Positions 36,811 through 48,171 are shown, numbered from the stretch's first letter. The stretch: 53,654 nucleotides of DNA from Bacteroidota bacterium (GCA_947459075.1 CANHBJ010000002.1:1-53654), one strand, 5' to 3'. Numbers and translations: made by a program. The notes: generated by a model from the letters alone, not told the origin.

Positions 36811-37806
36811 TTGAAAGCACTGCACTTAATAGCACAATTCTTATCTAATAAATCAACACTTTGGCTATGCTTAGTTACAACAATTTTATTTGTAACCGTA
36901 ACAAGTGTTCGCTTTAACCGAAACAACACAATAGTTAAAAGACCACTTAATGATGCAAGATATTTTATCGCTTATGTAGAGTATTTTAGAGGCGAAACAC
37001 CTACTGATGTAATTAGACCAGCCTCTAATTGGCGAATGCTTGTGCCGTGTATTGCAGCTAGTTTACCTTTTGAGCCGCATACTGCCATCAACATTGTAAA
37101 CCAAATACTACTGCTTCTTAGTATGTTTATGTTATACTACAGCATGTTGTATTTAAAAATTAGTAAAGGGTATGTTTGGTTAGGAATGATGTTGTTTACT
37201 GTATCTTTTCCTGCTTTTTATTACACCACCATTGGTTATGTTGATGCAGGTGTCATGTTTTTTGTAAGCACTTGTATTTATGCAACACTTAAACAATCTT
37301 GGTGGTTATTTATGGGTTCATTTATTTTGGGCTTTTTGGCAAAAGAAAGTATTGTAGTGGTATTACCATTTACTGTAACTTATCTTTTCATGCAAGGCAA
37401 AAGGAAATATGCATTTGTATTGGGTTTAATTTTAATTGCCACATATTTAGCCGAGAGTTATTTAGTAAGGCAATACGCTTACCTTACACCAGGAGAAAAA
37501 AACAATATGTTTTGGGTTATTAACCTAGATAACATAAGCCTTAATTTAAATCGTATAAACTCCCTATTAGCACCAATTTTAACTTTGGGTTTTGTTGGAT
37601 TAATATACTTATTCAGCATTAAATCTTCGATCAAAACTAACAAATCATTAAGTTGGGCCTCCCTAATATTATTAGCAACCACATTTGCCATGTATATTTT
37701 TGCATTTATCACAACTTATGCCGATGGCCGACCATTTTGGTTAGCATACTTCGCCTTGATAATGGTAAGTATGGTTGGGTTACAAAACAAAGTGAAAAAA
37801 ACTTAA
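36811..37806 (+). CDS. Polytopic integral membrane protein, function unknown
   Basis: TTG start directly after an in-frame stop. About 9 predicted TM helices. No motif recognised. Confidence 0.6.
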   Translation: MKALHLIAQFLSNKSTLWLCLVTTILFVTVTSVRFNRNNTIVKRPLNDARYFIAYVEYFRGETPTDVIRPASNWRMLVPCIAASLPFEPHTAINIVNQILLLLSMFMLYYSMLYLKISKGYVWLGMMLFTVSFPAFYYTTIGYVDAGVMFFVSTCIYATLKQSWWLFMGSFILGFLAKESIVVVLPFTVTYLFMQGKRKYAFVLGLILIATYLAESYLVRQYAYLTPGEKNNMFWVINLDNISLNLNRINSLLAPILTLGFVGLIYLFSIKSSIKTNKSLSWASLILLATTFAMYIFAFITTYADGRPFWLAYFALIMVSMVGLQNKVKKT

Positions 37807-38999
37807 CCTTTCTTTCTGCGCGCAACCTCTCTGCTAATCAATGTTAGCTCTCTTCCTGCCTGACCTTTCACTGATGTGTTTTCTGCTGCACGCCTAAACA
37901 AATACGGCATTACTGCTTTAACTGGACCATATGGCAAATATTTAGCCACATTATATCCTGCACTTGATAAGTTAAAACTAATGTGATCACTCATGCCGAA
38001 TAACTGCGAAAAATAAATCCGTTGGTCGTTATTGGCCAAACTTTTTTGTGACATTAATTCAGTTAACAACATACTGCTTTGTTCGTTATGCGATCCTGCA
38101 CAAACACTTATCCTATCTATATGTTCAATGCAAAAGATTAGCGCATTGTTATAGTCGTTATCAGTACTTAACTTATCAGGTTGTATTGGGCTTGGATAGC
38201 CCATTTTAGATGCACGCGCTCTTTCTTTTTCCATATAAGCTCCGCGTACCAATTTTAAACCTAAGTAATAGTTATGCTTAACTGCATCATCAAAACTATC
38301 TTTTACAAAAGCTAATCTATCGTGGCGGTATAATTGAATGGTATTGTATACAATACATTTTTCTTTATTAAATTCATGCATCATATCGTTTGCTAAATCA
38401 TCAATAGCAGGTTGAATCCAAGATTCCTCCGCATCAATAAAAACTCGCACATTTTTTAAATGTGCCATTTTGCAAATTTGATGAATACGATTTCTTACAT
38501 GCCCCCACTGAGTTTCTTCATTCATTGTTAAGATTTCTTTGGCCGACACTTTTGCCAATAAATCAAACCTAGCCAAGCCAGTAACTTTAAAAACACAAAA
38601 TGGTATTTTAGGATTGTTTTGGGCTTTGTTAATGGTTTCTAGCGTCTCGGTAACAGTGGCATTAAAACTTTCCTCTTTTTCTTCTCCTTCTACACTGTAA
38701 TCTAAAATAGTACCTACACCATAACCATATAGTTGGTCGATGGTTTTGTTACAATCATCCATGCTTTCTCCACCACAAAACTGTTTAAAAACAGTGCTTT
38801 TAATTAACCCTTTTATGGGTAAACCTATACTAAATGCTCCATTTACCATTGGTGGACCCATCTTTACTAACCAATTATATCCAATGGCTTTAAACAACAA
38901 GAATGATTGTGTTAATTCGTTGTTACTTTTAGACTTAAAAGCAATTTCAGTATTATCGAAACTTAAGGCTAAAGGCTTATTTTGTATATTGGTTTGCAC
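37803..38999 (-). CDS. Proline dehydrogenase family protein
   Basis: GVGTILDYSVEGEE..., VRVFIDAEESWIQ, LVRGAYMEKE and YLPYGPV are typical of monofunctional PutA-like proline dehydrogenases. Confidence 0.85.
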   Translation of the reverse strand: MQTNIQNKPLALSFDNTEIAFKSKSNNELTQSFLLFKAIGYNWLVKMGPPMVNGAFSIGLPIKGLIKSTVFKQFCGGESMDDCNKTIDQLYGYGVGTILDYSVEGEEKEESFNATVTETLETINKAQNNPKIPFCVFKVTGLARFDLLAKVSAKEILTMNEETQWGHVRNRIHQICKMAHLKNVRVFIDAEESWIQPAIDDLANDMMHEFNKEKCIVYNTIQLYRHDRLAFVKDSFDDAVKHNYYLGLKLVRGAYMEKERARASKMGYPSPIQPDKLSTDNDYNNALIFCIEHIDRISVCAGSHNEQSSMLLTELMSQKSLANNDQRIYFSQLFGMSDHISFNLSSAGYNVAKYLPYGPVKAVMPYLFRRAAENTSVKGQAGRELTLISREVARRKKG

Positions 39000-39111
39000 A
39001 GTTTTTATTACTTAATTATTAATTTAACCGAAAATACCACAAATTTGTTTGCGCAAAAATAATCGCACTTAGCTATTTTTTGCCATAAACCAATTATTAA
39101 TTTTTACCCGC

Positions 39112-40170
39112 TTGAAAGAGTACAACCTAAAGGATTATAGTATTTACATAGGCCCTGAAGTATTTGATTTACTGTTAGAACAGTTAATTGAACGCTCTTA
39201 CTCGCAGGTATTTGTGCTAGTTGACGAAAATACTGAAAAGCACTGTTTACCCATTTTAACCAAAACTCTTTTTGACGTTAAAGTAATAAAAATAGCCAGC
39301 GGTGAAGAACATAAAACCGTTAATAACTTACAACTTATTTGGGATGAACTGATAAAAAATCAAGCCGATAAACAAACAGCTTTAATTAATTTAGGTGGAG
39401 GTGTTATTGGTGATCTGGGTGGTTTTGCGGCAGCAACTTTTAAACGTGGAATTGATTTTATAAATGTTCCAACAACACTTTTAGCCATGGTTGATAGTAG
39501 CATAGGTGGAAAGTTAGGAGTAGATTACTTGGGCATTAAAAATGCTGTTGGTATTATAAAAAACCCGAGTTCGGTATTTGTAAGTGCAGATTTTTTGTCC
39601 ACATTACCCAAAAGAGAATTACTAAATGGTTTTGCCGAAATTATTAAACATGGCCTAGTAGCCATGGAAGAATATTGGGAAAAAGTAATCTGGGTAAAAA
39701 ATATTGATGCAGAAAGCATGAGCCAACTCATTCAGGGCTCTATTAAAGTTAAAACTCAAATTGTTAAAAAAGACCCTATTGAGGATGGCTTACGTAAAGT
39801 GCTAAACTTCGGACATACTATTGGTCATGCTATAGAGTCTTACTCTTTAATACACGATAAGAATCCACTAAAGCATGGCGAAGCAATTGCCATTGGTATG
39901 ATTTGCGAGGCGTTTTTATCAAAAGAACATAATGGTTTAAGCGGTAGAGAATTGAGATTAATTAGTGAAGTGATTTTACAGCACTTCCCTAAATATTCGT
40001 TGCGCAATATTTTATCTCCTGAATTAATTAAGTATATGCGCCAAGACAAAAAGAACAGTAACCAAAATATCAACTTTAGCTTACTAAAACGGATTGGCAA
40101 AGCAGGTTTCGATTACACTTGTACTGATGCTCAAATAGCACTTGCGTTAAACTATTACGATGGGTTATGA
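39112..40170 (+). CDS. aroB: 3-dehydroquinate synthase
   Basis: TTG start. NLGGGVIGDLGGFAAATFKRGI and NFGHTIGHAIE. Confidence 0.9.
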   Translation: MKEYNLKDYSIYIGPEVFDLLLEQLIERSYSQVFVLVDENTEKHCLPILTKTLFDVKVIKIASGEEHKTVNNLQLIWDELIKNQADKQTALINLGGGVIGDLGGFAAATFKRGIDFINVPTTLLAMVDSSIGGKLGVDYLGIKNAVGIIKNPSSVFVSADFLSTLPKRELLNGFAEIIKHGLVAMEEYWEKVIWVKNIDAESMSQLIQGSIKVKTQIVKKDPIEDGLRKVLNFGHTIGHAIESYSLIHDKNPLKHGEAIAIGMICEAFLSKEHNGLSGRELRLISEVILQHFPKYSLRNILSPELIKYMRQDKKNSNQNINFSLLKRIGKAGFDYTCTDAQIALALNYYDGL

Positions 40171-41405
40171 GCAACCTTCGGATAAAACATCCAACCAAAC
40201 AATTAATAGGTAACATCACATTACCTGCATCAAAAAGCATTTGCAACCGTGTAATGGTTTTAAATAAAGTGCTTTCCTCTAATACCGTTATTCAAAATAT
40301 TTCTACTGCCGATGATTGTGTGATTATGCAACATGCATTACAACAAACACAAGGTTCAGTTGATGTAAAAAATGCAGGAACTTGCATGCGATTTCTTACG
40401 GCATACTATGCCACTACACCAAATATAGATGTAATTTTACAAGGCAGTGAACGCATGCATAACAGGCCCATTGGGGCTTTGGTTAATGCATTAATTCAAC
40501 TAGGTGCCGATATTGATTACATCGATAAAGATGGATTTCCGCCCCTTCGAATAAAAGGCAAAAATCTTCATGGTGGTATTGTTTCTGTTGATGCATCAAC
40601 AAGTAGTCAGTTTGTGAGTGCATTGATGCTAGTAGCTCCAAATTTTAAAAATGGTTTATCCATTCAATTAGGTAAACACACCGTGTCAAAACCATATATT
40701 AATTTAACATCCGATTTATTGAAACAATTTGGAGTTGATGTTACGATACAAGAAGATGTGGTGATAAAACCATATCAGAACCAAACTGCTCCCGATACTT
40801 TTTTTATTGAACCCGATTGGAGTGCTGCTGCTTTTTGGTATCAGTTTTTGGCGTTGGCAAAAGAAGGCGATATCACCCTTAATAAACTTACATCCAACAG
40901 TGCCCAAGGCGATGCGATTATTGCCAATTACATGGAACGTTTTGGCATCAGTACGCAATATAACTCACAAGGTGCGCTGCTTACCAAAAACAATAACTAT
41001 TTAGAAAACGCATGTTACGATATGTTAAATTACCCAGATATGGTGCCTGCAATGGCCGTGTTGATGTGTGCATTAAACATACCTTGCACGTTTATAAACG
41101 TTGCACACTTAGAAGCAAAAGAGAGTAAACGCTTAACTGCATTATGCACCGAATTGGGTAAATGTGGTTTTGATATCACCCAAAATGGCAGCGAGCTACA
41201 CATTAATAAAATTGTTAAAGAAAACTTAATAAAACCAACATCGTTTAATACGTATCAAGATCACCGCATGGCAATGGCTTTGGCTCCGTTGGCTTTGTTA
41301 TTTGATGACGTATTGATTAACGATATTGAAGTGGTAGCAAAATCGTACCCACATTTTTGGGATGATATGCGTAAGGTTGGTTTTGAAATTACCACTGAAT
41401 CGTAA
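40167..41405 (+). CDS. aroA: 3-phosphoshikimate 1-carboxyvinyltransferase (EPSP synthase)
   Basis: ATGA overlap with aroB. LPASKSICNR, GTCMRFL and DHRMAMAL. Confidence 0.9.
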   Translation: MSNLRIKHPTKQLIGNITLPASKSICNRVMVLNKVLSSNTVIQNISTADDCVIMQHALQQTQGSVDVKNAGTCMRFLTAYYATTPNIDVILQGSERMHNRPIGALVNALIQLGADIDYIDKDGFPPLRIKGKNLHGGIVSVDASTSSQFVSALMLVAPNFKNGLSIQLGKHTVSKPYINLTSDLLKQFGVDVTIQEDVVIKPYQNQTAPDTFFIEPDWSAAAFWYQFLALAKEGDITLNKLTSNSAQGDAIIANYMERFGISTQYNSQGALLTKNNNYLENACYDMLNYPDMVPAMAVLMCALNIPCTFINVAHLEAKESKRLTALCTELGKCGFDITQNGSELHINKIVKENLIKPTSFNTYQDHRMAMALAPLALLFDDVLINDIEVVAKSYPHFWDDMRKVGFEITTES

Positions 41406-41460
41406 GCAATATCACTTAACCTATATATAAAAATAAACTTCATAATTTATAAAAATTAAC

Positions 41461-42537
41461 ATGGCAGGAAATACATACGGACAACTTTTTCGCATCACTA
41501 CTTTTGGTGAAAGTCATGGACCTGCTTTGGGTGTTGTTATTGATGGCTGTCCAGGTAATTTAAGTATTGATTTAGATTTTATACAGGCCGAATTAAATAA
41601 ACGCAAACCAGGACAAAGCGAAATTACCACTTCAAGAAATGAAGACGAATCGTTTGAAATTTTATCGGGGATATTTGAAGGAAAAACTACTGGAGCACCT
41701 ATTTGCATGATGGTGCGCAACAACGATCAACGCAGCCAAGATTACTCGCATTTAAAAGATGTGTTTCGTCCATCTCATGCCGACTATACCTATCAAACCA
41801 AATATGGTATACGCGATTACCGAGGCGGAGGAAGATCATCGGCCCGCGAAACCGTAGCACGTGTTTTAGCAGGTGCAGTTGCTAAATTATTTTTAGCAGA
41901 AAAAGGCATCTTTATCCACGCCTATGTTAGTCAGGTTGGGACTGTTAAATTACAAACCACTCCAGAGCAAATAGATGTTTCAAACATTGAAAAAAGTATG
42001 GTGCGTTGCCCGGATGAAAACACATCAAACCAAATGATTGAATTGATTACCGAAACTGGAAAAAGAGGCGACAGTGTTGGTGGTGCAATTTCATGTATAA
42101 TCAAAAATGCTCCTGCAGGATTGGGCGAACCAATATTTGATAAACTACATGCCGAATTAGGTAAAGCCATGTTAAGCATAAATGCTTGTAAAGGATTTGA
42201 AATTGGAAGTGGTTTTGATGCAGCACAAGCGTTTGGTAGTGCACATAATGATGAATTTTATGTAACTGAAACTGGAATACATACTCGCACCAATAACAGT
42301 GGTGGGGTGCAAGGCGGTATAAGTAATGGAGAACCTATATTTTTTAAATGCGCATTTAAACCTGTGGCCACTATAAGAAGTGAGCAACAAACAATATCAA
42401 ACCAAGGAGAAGAAGTTACATTGTTAGCAAGCGGAAGGCACGACCCTTGTGTAGTTCCAAGAGCTGTGCCCATAATAGAAGCTATGTCTGCATTGGTTCT
42501 GGCCGATTTTGTACTTAGAAATAATGCCATTAATTGA
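41461..42537 (+). CDS. aroC: Chorismate synthase
   Basis: [26 protein letters not shown] and SGRHDPCV. Confidence 0.95.
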   Translation: MAGNTYGQLFRITTFGESHGPALGVVIDGCPGNLSIDLDFIQAELNKRKPGQSEITTSRNEDESFEILSGIFEGKTTGAPICMMVRNNDQRSQDYSHLKDVFRPSHADYTYQTKYGIRDYRGGGRSSARETVARVLAGAVAKLFLAEKGIFIHAYVSQVGTVKLQTTPEQIDVSNIEKSMVRCPDENTSNQMIELITETGKRGDSVGGAISCIIKNAPAGLGEPIFDKLHAELGKAMLSINACKGFEIGSGFDAAQAFGSAHNDEFYVTETGIHTRTNNSGGVQGGISNGEPIFFKCAFKPVATIRSEQQTISNQGEEVTLLASGRHDPCVVPRAVPIIEAMSALVLADFVLRNNAIN

Positions 42538-42709
42538 TAAGTAAAAATTATAACTAATTCTAACCATATTTAATTCGCATCAAGCTACTGTATACCAACA
42601 CCTAAAATGTAAAAGTTTAGTAAGTTGATAAGTGCCATACCACTATTTTCTAATATTTTAGCCCTATCTTGCAACTTGAATTACACCAAAAGTTGATCAA
42701 ACTATTCAA

Positions 42710-44554
42710 ATGAAAAAAATTTTATTAGCTAGCATCCTTTCATTCGCACTTATAAATACACAAGCTCAAGAGATTATTCCTTGTGCAACTGACCAAGTTC
42801 ATTACCAAATGAAACAAGCCAATCCATTATTGGCTATGGAAGAAGAAAGAGGAAACCAAGAAGCAAGCAAAATTGCCAATGCTTTATTAACCAATAAAAA
42901 CTTTGCTAAACAAGGTAATGTAAAATATATACCAGTTGTATTTCATGTTATACATAACGGTGGTTCAGAGAATATCACCCAAGCACAAATCATGGATCAA
43001 ATGCGTATTTTAAATGAAGATTTTCGCAAAAAAGCAGGAACTAATGGAGATAAAAGTACCAACCCTAATGCAACTGATATGGAGTTTGAATTTAGGTTGG
43101 CACAAGTTGACCCTAATGGCATTCGACATGATGGCATCAACCGCATACAAAGCACTGCCACTGAGAATGCAAGTGATAACGTAAAAGCATTAAGCAGGTG
43201 GAATAGTACTAAATACTTGAATATTTGGGTTGTAAAAAGTATCAGCCTCGGAGGATCAAGCGGAGGAACTGTTTTAGGTTACGCACAATTTCCTTTTTAT
43301 ATGAATTTTGCTCCTAACAATGATGGTATTGTAATTCGTGCTGATTATGTGGGAAGTATACAATCGGGTAACACAAGCCATATGGGCCGTACTTTAACAC
43401 ACGAAGTTGGACATTGGGTGGGCTTGTATCATCCTTTTCAAGATGGTTGCACAGGCCAAACAGCATCAAATTGTTCATCAGCAGGTGATCGTGTTTGTGA
43501 TACACCTCCTGTATCTGAGGCTAATTATGGTTCTGTATGTGATGCAACTTTAAACTCATGTAAAGGTGATAATCCTGATTTACCAGATATGATTAATAAT
43601 TATATGGATTATTTAGATGGTAAATGTGCCAATACATATACACTCGGACAGAAGGCAAGAGCTATTGCTGAAATGAATTTATACAGAAGTGCTATTTATT
43701 CAAATAATAACCTAGCTGCGGCAGGAATATTACCAGATGGTAGTTATGCATCAGTAGCACAATCTAACATTAAAGCACCATATAGCTATGGATTTGAAGA
43801 CGCAAATATTACCGCGGCAGGATGGCGTATACAAAACCTACAAAACGGAGCAAATGGATGGAAAATAGATAACATTGGTTATAATGGCACAAAAAGTATT
43901 GCATTTCGTAATTTTAATTATTTAGCTGTTACACATACTCGAGATGAATTTAACTCACCATTAATAGATATTTCTACATTAGCTAATCCGGTATTAAAAG
44001 TTCGTTTAGCAAATGCCAGAAAAAGTTCTGGTGATGTTTTAGAAATTGGTATTAGTGGTGATTTTGGAAGAACTGAAACAAAAATATATTCGGCAACACC
44101 ATCATTAAGCATGGCAACAACAGAGCTAATTCCAACCGAAACATCGCAATGGACTACATTAACTTTTGACTTGACACCATATCGAAGCATGACGAATGCA
44201 CGCATACGTTTTGAGTTAAGAAATTTAAGGGGTAACAACACCTTTATTGATGATTTTTCAATCACTTCATCAACAGGATTATTGGATAATTTAAAACAAG
44301 AAATGGCATTTAATGTATACCCTAACCCGATGGAAGGTTCTGCTTATGCCCAGTTTGAGTTGAAACAAACACAACACATTGAAATTAATATTTGTGATGT
44401 AACAGGGCGCAAAGTAAGCAACCTGCAACAAGGCGAAATGCAAGCTGGCATGCATAGCTTGGCCATAAACCGTAGTGATTTAAAAGCAGGTATTTACCTG
44501 ATAAATGTTACTACTCAAAACGGAACATTTGCGCACAAACTTGTTGTAAACTAA
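42710..44554 (+). CDS. M43 (pappalysin/cytophagalysin-like) zinc metalloprotease with T9SS C-terminal sorting domain
   Basis: Signal peptide, HEVGHWVGLYH zinc motif, and a C-terminal ~80 aa (NVYPNPMEG...GIYLINVTTQNGTFAHKLVVN) typical of type-A T9SS CTDs. Confidence 0.85.
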   Translation: MKKILLASILSFALINTQAQEIIPCATDQVHYQMKQANPLLAMEEERGNQEASKIANALLTNKNFAKQGNVKYIPVVFHVIHNGGSENITQAQIMDQMRILNEDFRKKAGTNGDKSTNPNATDMEFEFRLAQVDPNGIRHDGINRIQSTATENASDNVKALSRWNSTKYLNIWVVKSISLGGSSGGTVLGYAQFPFYMNFAPNNDGIVIRADYVGSIQSGNTSHMGRTLTHEVGHWVGLYHPFQDGCTGQTASNCSSAGDRVCDTPPVSEANYGSVCDATLNSCKGDNPDLPDMINNYMDYLDGKCANTYTLGQKARAIAEMNLYRSAIYSNNNLAAAGILPDGSYASVAQSNIKAPYSYGFEDANITAAGWRIQNLQNGANGWKIDNIGYNGTKSIAFRNFNYLAVTHTRDEFNSPLIDISTLANPVLKVRLANARKSSGDVLEIGISGDFGRTETKIYSATPSLSMATTELIPTETSQWTTLTFDLTPYRSMTNARIRFELRNLRGNNTFIDDFSITSSTGLLDNLKQEMAFNVYPNPMEGSAYAQFELKQTQHIEINICDVTGRKVSNLQQGEMQAGMHSLAINRSDLKAGIYLINVTTQNGTFAHKLVVN

Positions 44555-44577
44555 AAAAAATTGTAACGTGCGTACCG

Positions 44578-44607
44578 AAACAGTGAGCGTTAACTCACTG
44601 TTTTTTT
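44578..44607 (+). terminator. Rho-independent terminator
   Basis: CAGTGAG (44581-44587) / CTCACTG (44594-44600) followed by a T7 run. Confidence 0.8.
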
Positions 44608-44636
44608 GTTTTTATATAAGTTAGTAATATTGCCGT

Positions 44637-47207
44637 ATGACAAAGAACCTTGTGATAGTTGAGTCGCCTGCAAAGGCAAAAACCATAGAGAAATTTTTAG
44701 GTAAAGACTTTACCGTAAAAAGCTGTTATGGCCATATACGTGATTTGGCGAAAGGTGACGAAGCCATCAGAATTGATAAGAATTTCGAACCTCAATATGA
44801 AGTACCTGCAGAGAAAAAAGCTGTAGTAAGTGAATTAAAAAAACTAGCCGCACAAAGTGATATGGTTTGGTTAGCATCCGATGAGGACCGTGAGGGTGAA
44901 GCCATTTCTTGGCATTTAAGCGAGGTGCTAAAATTAACACCAGAAAACACCAAGCGCATAGTTTTTCATGAAATTACTAAGCCTGCTATTTTACGTGCAA
45001 TAGAAAACCCTCGTGGAATAGATTATAACCTAGTAAATGCACAACAAGCAAGAAGGGTATTAGATAGGTTAGTAGGTTTTGAATTATCGCCAGTACTATG
45101 GAAAAAAATTAAAGGTAACTTAAGTGCCGGTCGGGTACAATCAGTTGCCGTGAGGTTAATTGTTGAACGTGAAAGAGAAATTAACAACTTTAGCCACTCA
45201 TCTGCCTTTAAAATTGTAGCACATTTTAATGTAGGTGGCAAACAAATGGATGCCGAATTATCAAAACGTTTTGATAAAGAAGCAGATGCAATGGCCTTCT
45301 TACAAAAATGTATTAATGCCGATTTTACGATAAATAATTTAGATGTTAAACCCGCAGAAAAATCACCTGCTCCTCCATTTACCACATCAACACTACAACA
45401 AGAAGCAAGTAGGAAACTAGGATATGGTGTAAGTACCACCATGAGTATTGCTCAAAAACTATATGAACATGGATTGATTACTTATATGCGTACTGACAGT
45501 GTAAACTTAAGTGAACTAGCAATAGGAGCAGCCAAAGATTATATTACCAAAAACTTTGGTGCACAATACAGCAATCCTAAACGTTACACCACTAAAAACG
45601 ATAGTGCACAAGAAGCTCACGAGGCCATACGTCCAACCTATTTTGAAAATATAGATATTGATGGTACCCCTCAAGAAAAAAGACTTTACGATTTAATTTA
45701 TAAACGTGCTATCGCCTCGCAAATGAGCAAAGCGCAAATAGAACGTACCATTGCACAAATAGGTGTAAGTACTTTACCCGATACCTTAACTGCAACAGGA
45801 GAAGTATTGAAGTTTGATGGTTTCTTAAAAGTATATTTAGAAAGTACGGATGATGAATCCGAAAATGAAAACAGCAAAATGCTGCCTCCTTTAAAAGTAG
45901 GCGAAAAACTTACTTTAATTAACATGGATGCTGCAGAGAAATTTACTCGTCCTGCCCCACGTTACACAGAGGCCAGCTTGGTAAAAAAATTAGAAGAGTT
46001 AGGTATTGGTCGACCATCAACCTACGCACCAACAATTAGTACCATACAAAAACGAGGTTATGTGGTAAAAGAAGACCGTGATGGGAAAGAGCGTAACTTT
46101 ACTAATTTAACTTTAGAAAAAGGTGAAATTAAACGTGAAGTTAAATCAGAGAAATACGGAAGCGAAAAAGCAAAACTTTTTCCTAGTGATATTGGCATGA
46201 TAGTAACCGACTTTTTATCAAAACACTTTGATAAAATTATGGATTATAACTTTACAGCAAACGTAGAAAAAGAGTTTGATGAGATTGCTCGTGGCCAAAT
46301 ACAATGGAATAAGATGATTGCGGATTTCTATAAACCGTTTCATGAAGAGGTAGAAAAAACAACTGAAACAGCAGAGCGACAAAGTGGAGAACGTACCCTT
46401 GGTGTTGATCCATTAACGGGTAAAAACATATACGCTAAAGTGGGTAAATTTGGACCTTATGTTCAATTAGGCGAGGCCACTGAAGAGGAAAAACCACAAT
46501 ATGGTAAGTTGCTTCAAAGTCAGCGCATCGATTCAATAACATTAGAAGAAGCTTTAGAATTATTTAAATTACCCCGTACACTTGGCGAATATCTAGGCAA
46601 AGAAGTATCTGTTAATGTAGGCCGTTATGGGCCATATGTTAAGTGGGGAGATGATTTTATATCATTGCCCAAAGGCGAAGAATTAATGGAAGTTGATTTA
46701 ACTCGTGTTGCCGAAGTAATTAACGCCAAACAAACAGCAGATGCTCCAGTTGGTACATTTAAAAACAAACCTATTACAAAAGGCAAGGGTCGCTTTGGTC
46801 CATTTATAAAATGGAACGATTTGTACATAAACGTGCCTCGCAATTATAATTTTGATGAACTTACCCAACCACAAATGGATGAGTTGATTGGTAAGAAAAT
46901 AGACAAAGAAGCCAACCGTTTTATACAACAATGGGATGATGAAAAGATTGCCCTTGAAAACGGCAGATGGGGGCCTTTTATTCGCTTTGGTAAAAAGATG
47001 ATTAAGATAGCACGCAAGAAAGATGGCGAAAAATATACTGCCGATGACCTTGCAAGCATTACTTTAGATGAAGTAAAAAAACTTATTGAAATAGAAGAAC
47101 CAGACGCATTTGCAAAAAAGGCACCTAAAAAGGCGGCTGCTAAAAAAACAGCTGCAAAGAAAACAACGGCAAAAAAAACAACTGCTAAAAAAACGGCAAA
47201 AAAATAG
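44637..47207 (+). CDS. topA: DNA topoisomerase I with Lys/Ala/Thr-rich C-terminal tail
   Basis: Toprim LVIVESPAKAKTIEKFLG, active-site region LITYMRTDS, repeated GRFGPF/GRYGPY C-terminal modules, and the tail KKAPKKAAAKKTAAKKTTAKKTTAKKTAKK. Confidence 0.95.
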   Translation: MTKNLVIVESPAKAKTIEKFLGKDFTVKSCYGHIRDLAKGDEAIRIDKNFEPQYEVPAEKKAVVSELKKLAAQSDMVWLASDEDREGEAISWHLSEVLKLTPENTKRIVFHEITKPAILRAIENPRGIDYNLVNAQQARRVLDRLVGFELSPVLWKKIKGNLSAGRVQSVAVRLIVEREREINNFSHSSAFKIVAHFNVGGKQMDAELSKRFDKEADAMAFLQKCINADFTINNLDVKPAEKSPAPPFTTSTLQQEASRKLGYGVSTTMSIAQKLYEHGLITYMRTDSVNLSELAIGAAKDYITKNFGAQYSNPKRYTTKNDSAQEAHEAIRPTYFENIDIDGTPQEKRLYDLIYKRAIASQMSKAQIERTIAQIGVSTLPDTLTATGEVLKFDGFLKVYLESTDDESENENSKMLPPLKVGEKLTLINMDAAEKFTRPAPRYTEASLVKKLEELGIGRPSTYAPTISTIQKRGYVVKEDRDGKERNFTNLTLEKGEIKREVKSEKYGSEKAKLFPSDIGMIVTDFLSKHFDKIMDYNFTANVEKEFDEIARGQIQWNKMIADFYKPFHEEVEKTTETAERQSGERTLGVDPLTGKNIYAKVGKFGPYVQLGEATEEEKPQYGKLLQSQRIDSITLEEALELFKLPRTLGEYLGKEVSVNVGRYGPYVKWGDDFISLPKGEELMEVDLTRVAEVINAKQTADAPVGTFKNKPITKGKGRFGPFIKWNDLYINVPRNYNFDELTQPQMDELIGKKIDKEANRFIQQWDDEKIALENGRWGPFIRFGKKMIKIARKKDGEKYTADDLASITLDEVKKLIEIEEPDAFAKKAPKKAAAKKTAAKKTTAKKTTAKKTAKK

Positions 47208-47223
47208 CTACACCAAATAAAGC

Positions 47224-48171
47224 ATGATAAACGAAAGGGAAATTCATTCGTTAGTTGCTTTGCTTGATGATGATGACCAGGAGGTACTTAACCATGTGGA
47301 AAGTAAACTTCTATCATTAGGCAAAGATGCTATTCCAATTTTGGAAAGCGAGTGGAATAAACTGCAAAATACAACCCAACAAAATAGGCTTTTACAAGTA
47401 GTACATCGTATACAATATTACGAACTGTTAAAGGAATTTGCTGATTGGTTCAGCTCATCGGAACAAGATCTGCTAACGGGTATTTACTTGATTGCACGTT
47501 ACCAGTATCCTAATTTAAATGAACAAGATATTATTAACCATATAGATAAAATTCGATTAGATATATGGCTTGATATGCACCATGATTTAAGTCCGTATGA
47601 AAAAGTACGTATTATAAACAGTGTTTTATACAACGAATTAGGATTTAAAGGCAACATAGACAACTACCACGCGCCTGAAAATTCTTTTATAAATATAGTG
47701 CTTGAAACACGAAAAGGTAACCCCATTATGATGGCGGTTATTTATATTTTGTTAGGACAAAGGCTACACTTGCCTATTTTTGGAGTAAACTTACCACAAC
47801 ATTTTGTTTGCGCATATAAAGAAGAGAACAAACAACTGCTACTTAACGATCCTTTTAATTTAAAAACACAGCACGATTACCGTGAAGGACGTGTATTGTT
47901 TTATATCAATGCCTTTAACAATGGTGCAGTATTTAGTAAGGCTAACCTCGAACAGTTCATACGCCAAATAAAAATCGAACCACAACCCGATTATTTTGAA
48001 GCATGCGGTAATTTGTCTATTATTAAAAGAATATTGCGTAACCTGGTTGTTGCCTACGAAAAACAAAAAGATTCCGACAAGGCAAATGAAGTGAAAGATA
48101 TACTCTTGGCTATTGGCGAAACTTACTTTAGTTATAACGAAGAAGCACCGCCAGAGGAGGAGGAAGACTAA
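47224..48171 (+). CDS. Transglutaminase-like / SirB1 (UPF0162) family protein
   Basis: YHAPENSFINIVLETRKGNPIMMAVIYILLGQRLHLPIFGVNLPQHFV matches the conserved core of the SirB1/YchA family. A TPR-like C-terminus follows. Confidence 0.75.
   Translation: MINEREIHSLVALLDDDDQEVLNHVESKLLSLGKDAIPILESEWNKLQNTTQQNRLLQVVHRIQYYELLKEFADWFSSSEQDLLTGIYLIARYQYPNLNEQDIINHIDKIRLDIWLDMHHDLSPYEKVRIINSVLYNELGFKGNIDNYHAPENSFINIVLETRKGNPIMMAVIYILLGQRLHLPIFGVNLPQHFVCAYKEENKQLLLNDPFNLKTQHDYREGRVLFYINAFNNGAVFSKANLEQFIRQIKIEPQPDYFEACGNLSIIKRILRNLVVAYEKQKDSDKANEVKDILLAIGETYFSYNEEAPPEEEED

Noticed and set aside
47107-47204. Purine-rich near-tandem DNA repeat as a satellite or non-coding repeat
   Set aside because: It is in frame within topA and encodes the Lys-rich tail. 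It is a coding low-complexity region, not an independent element.
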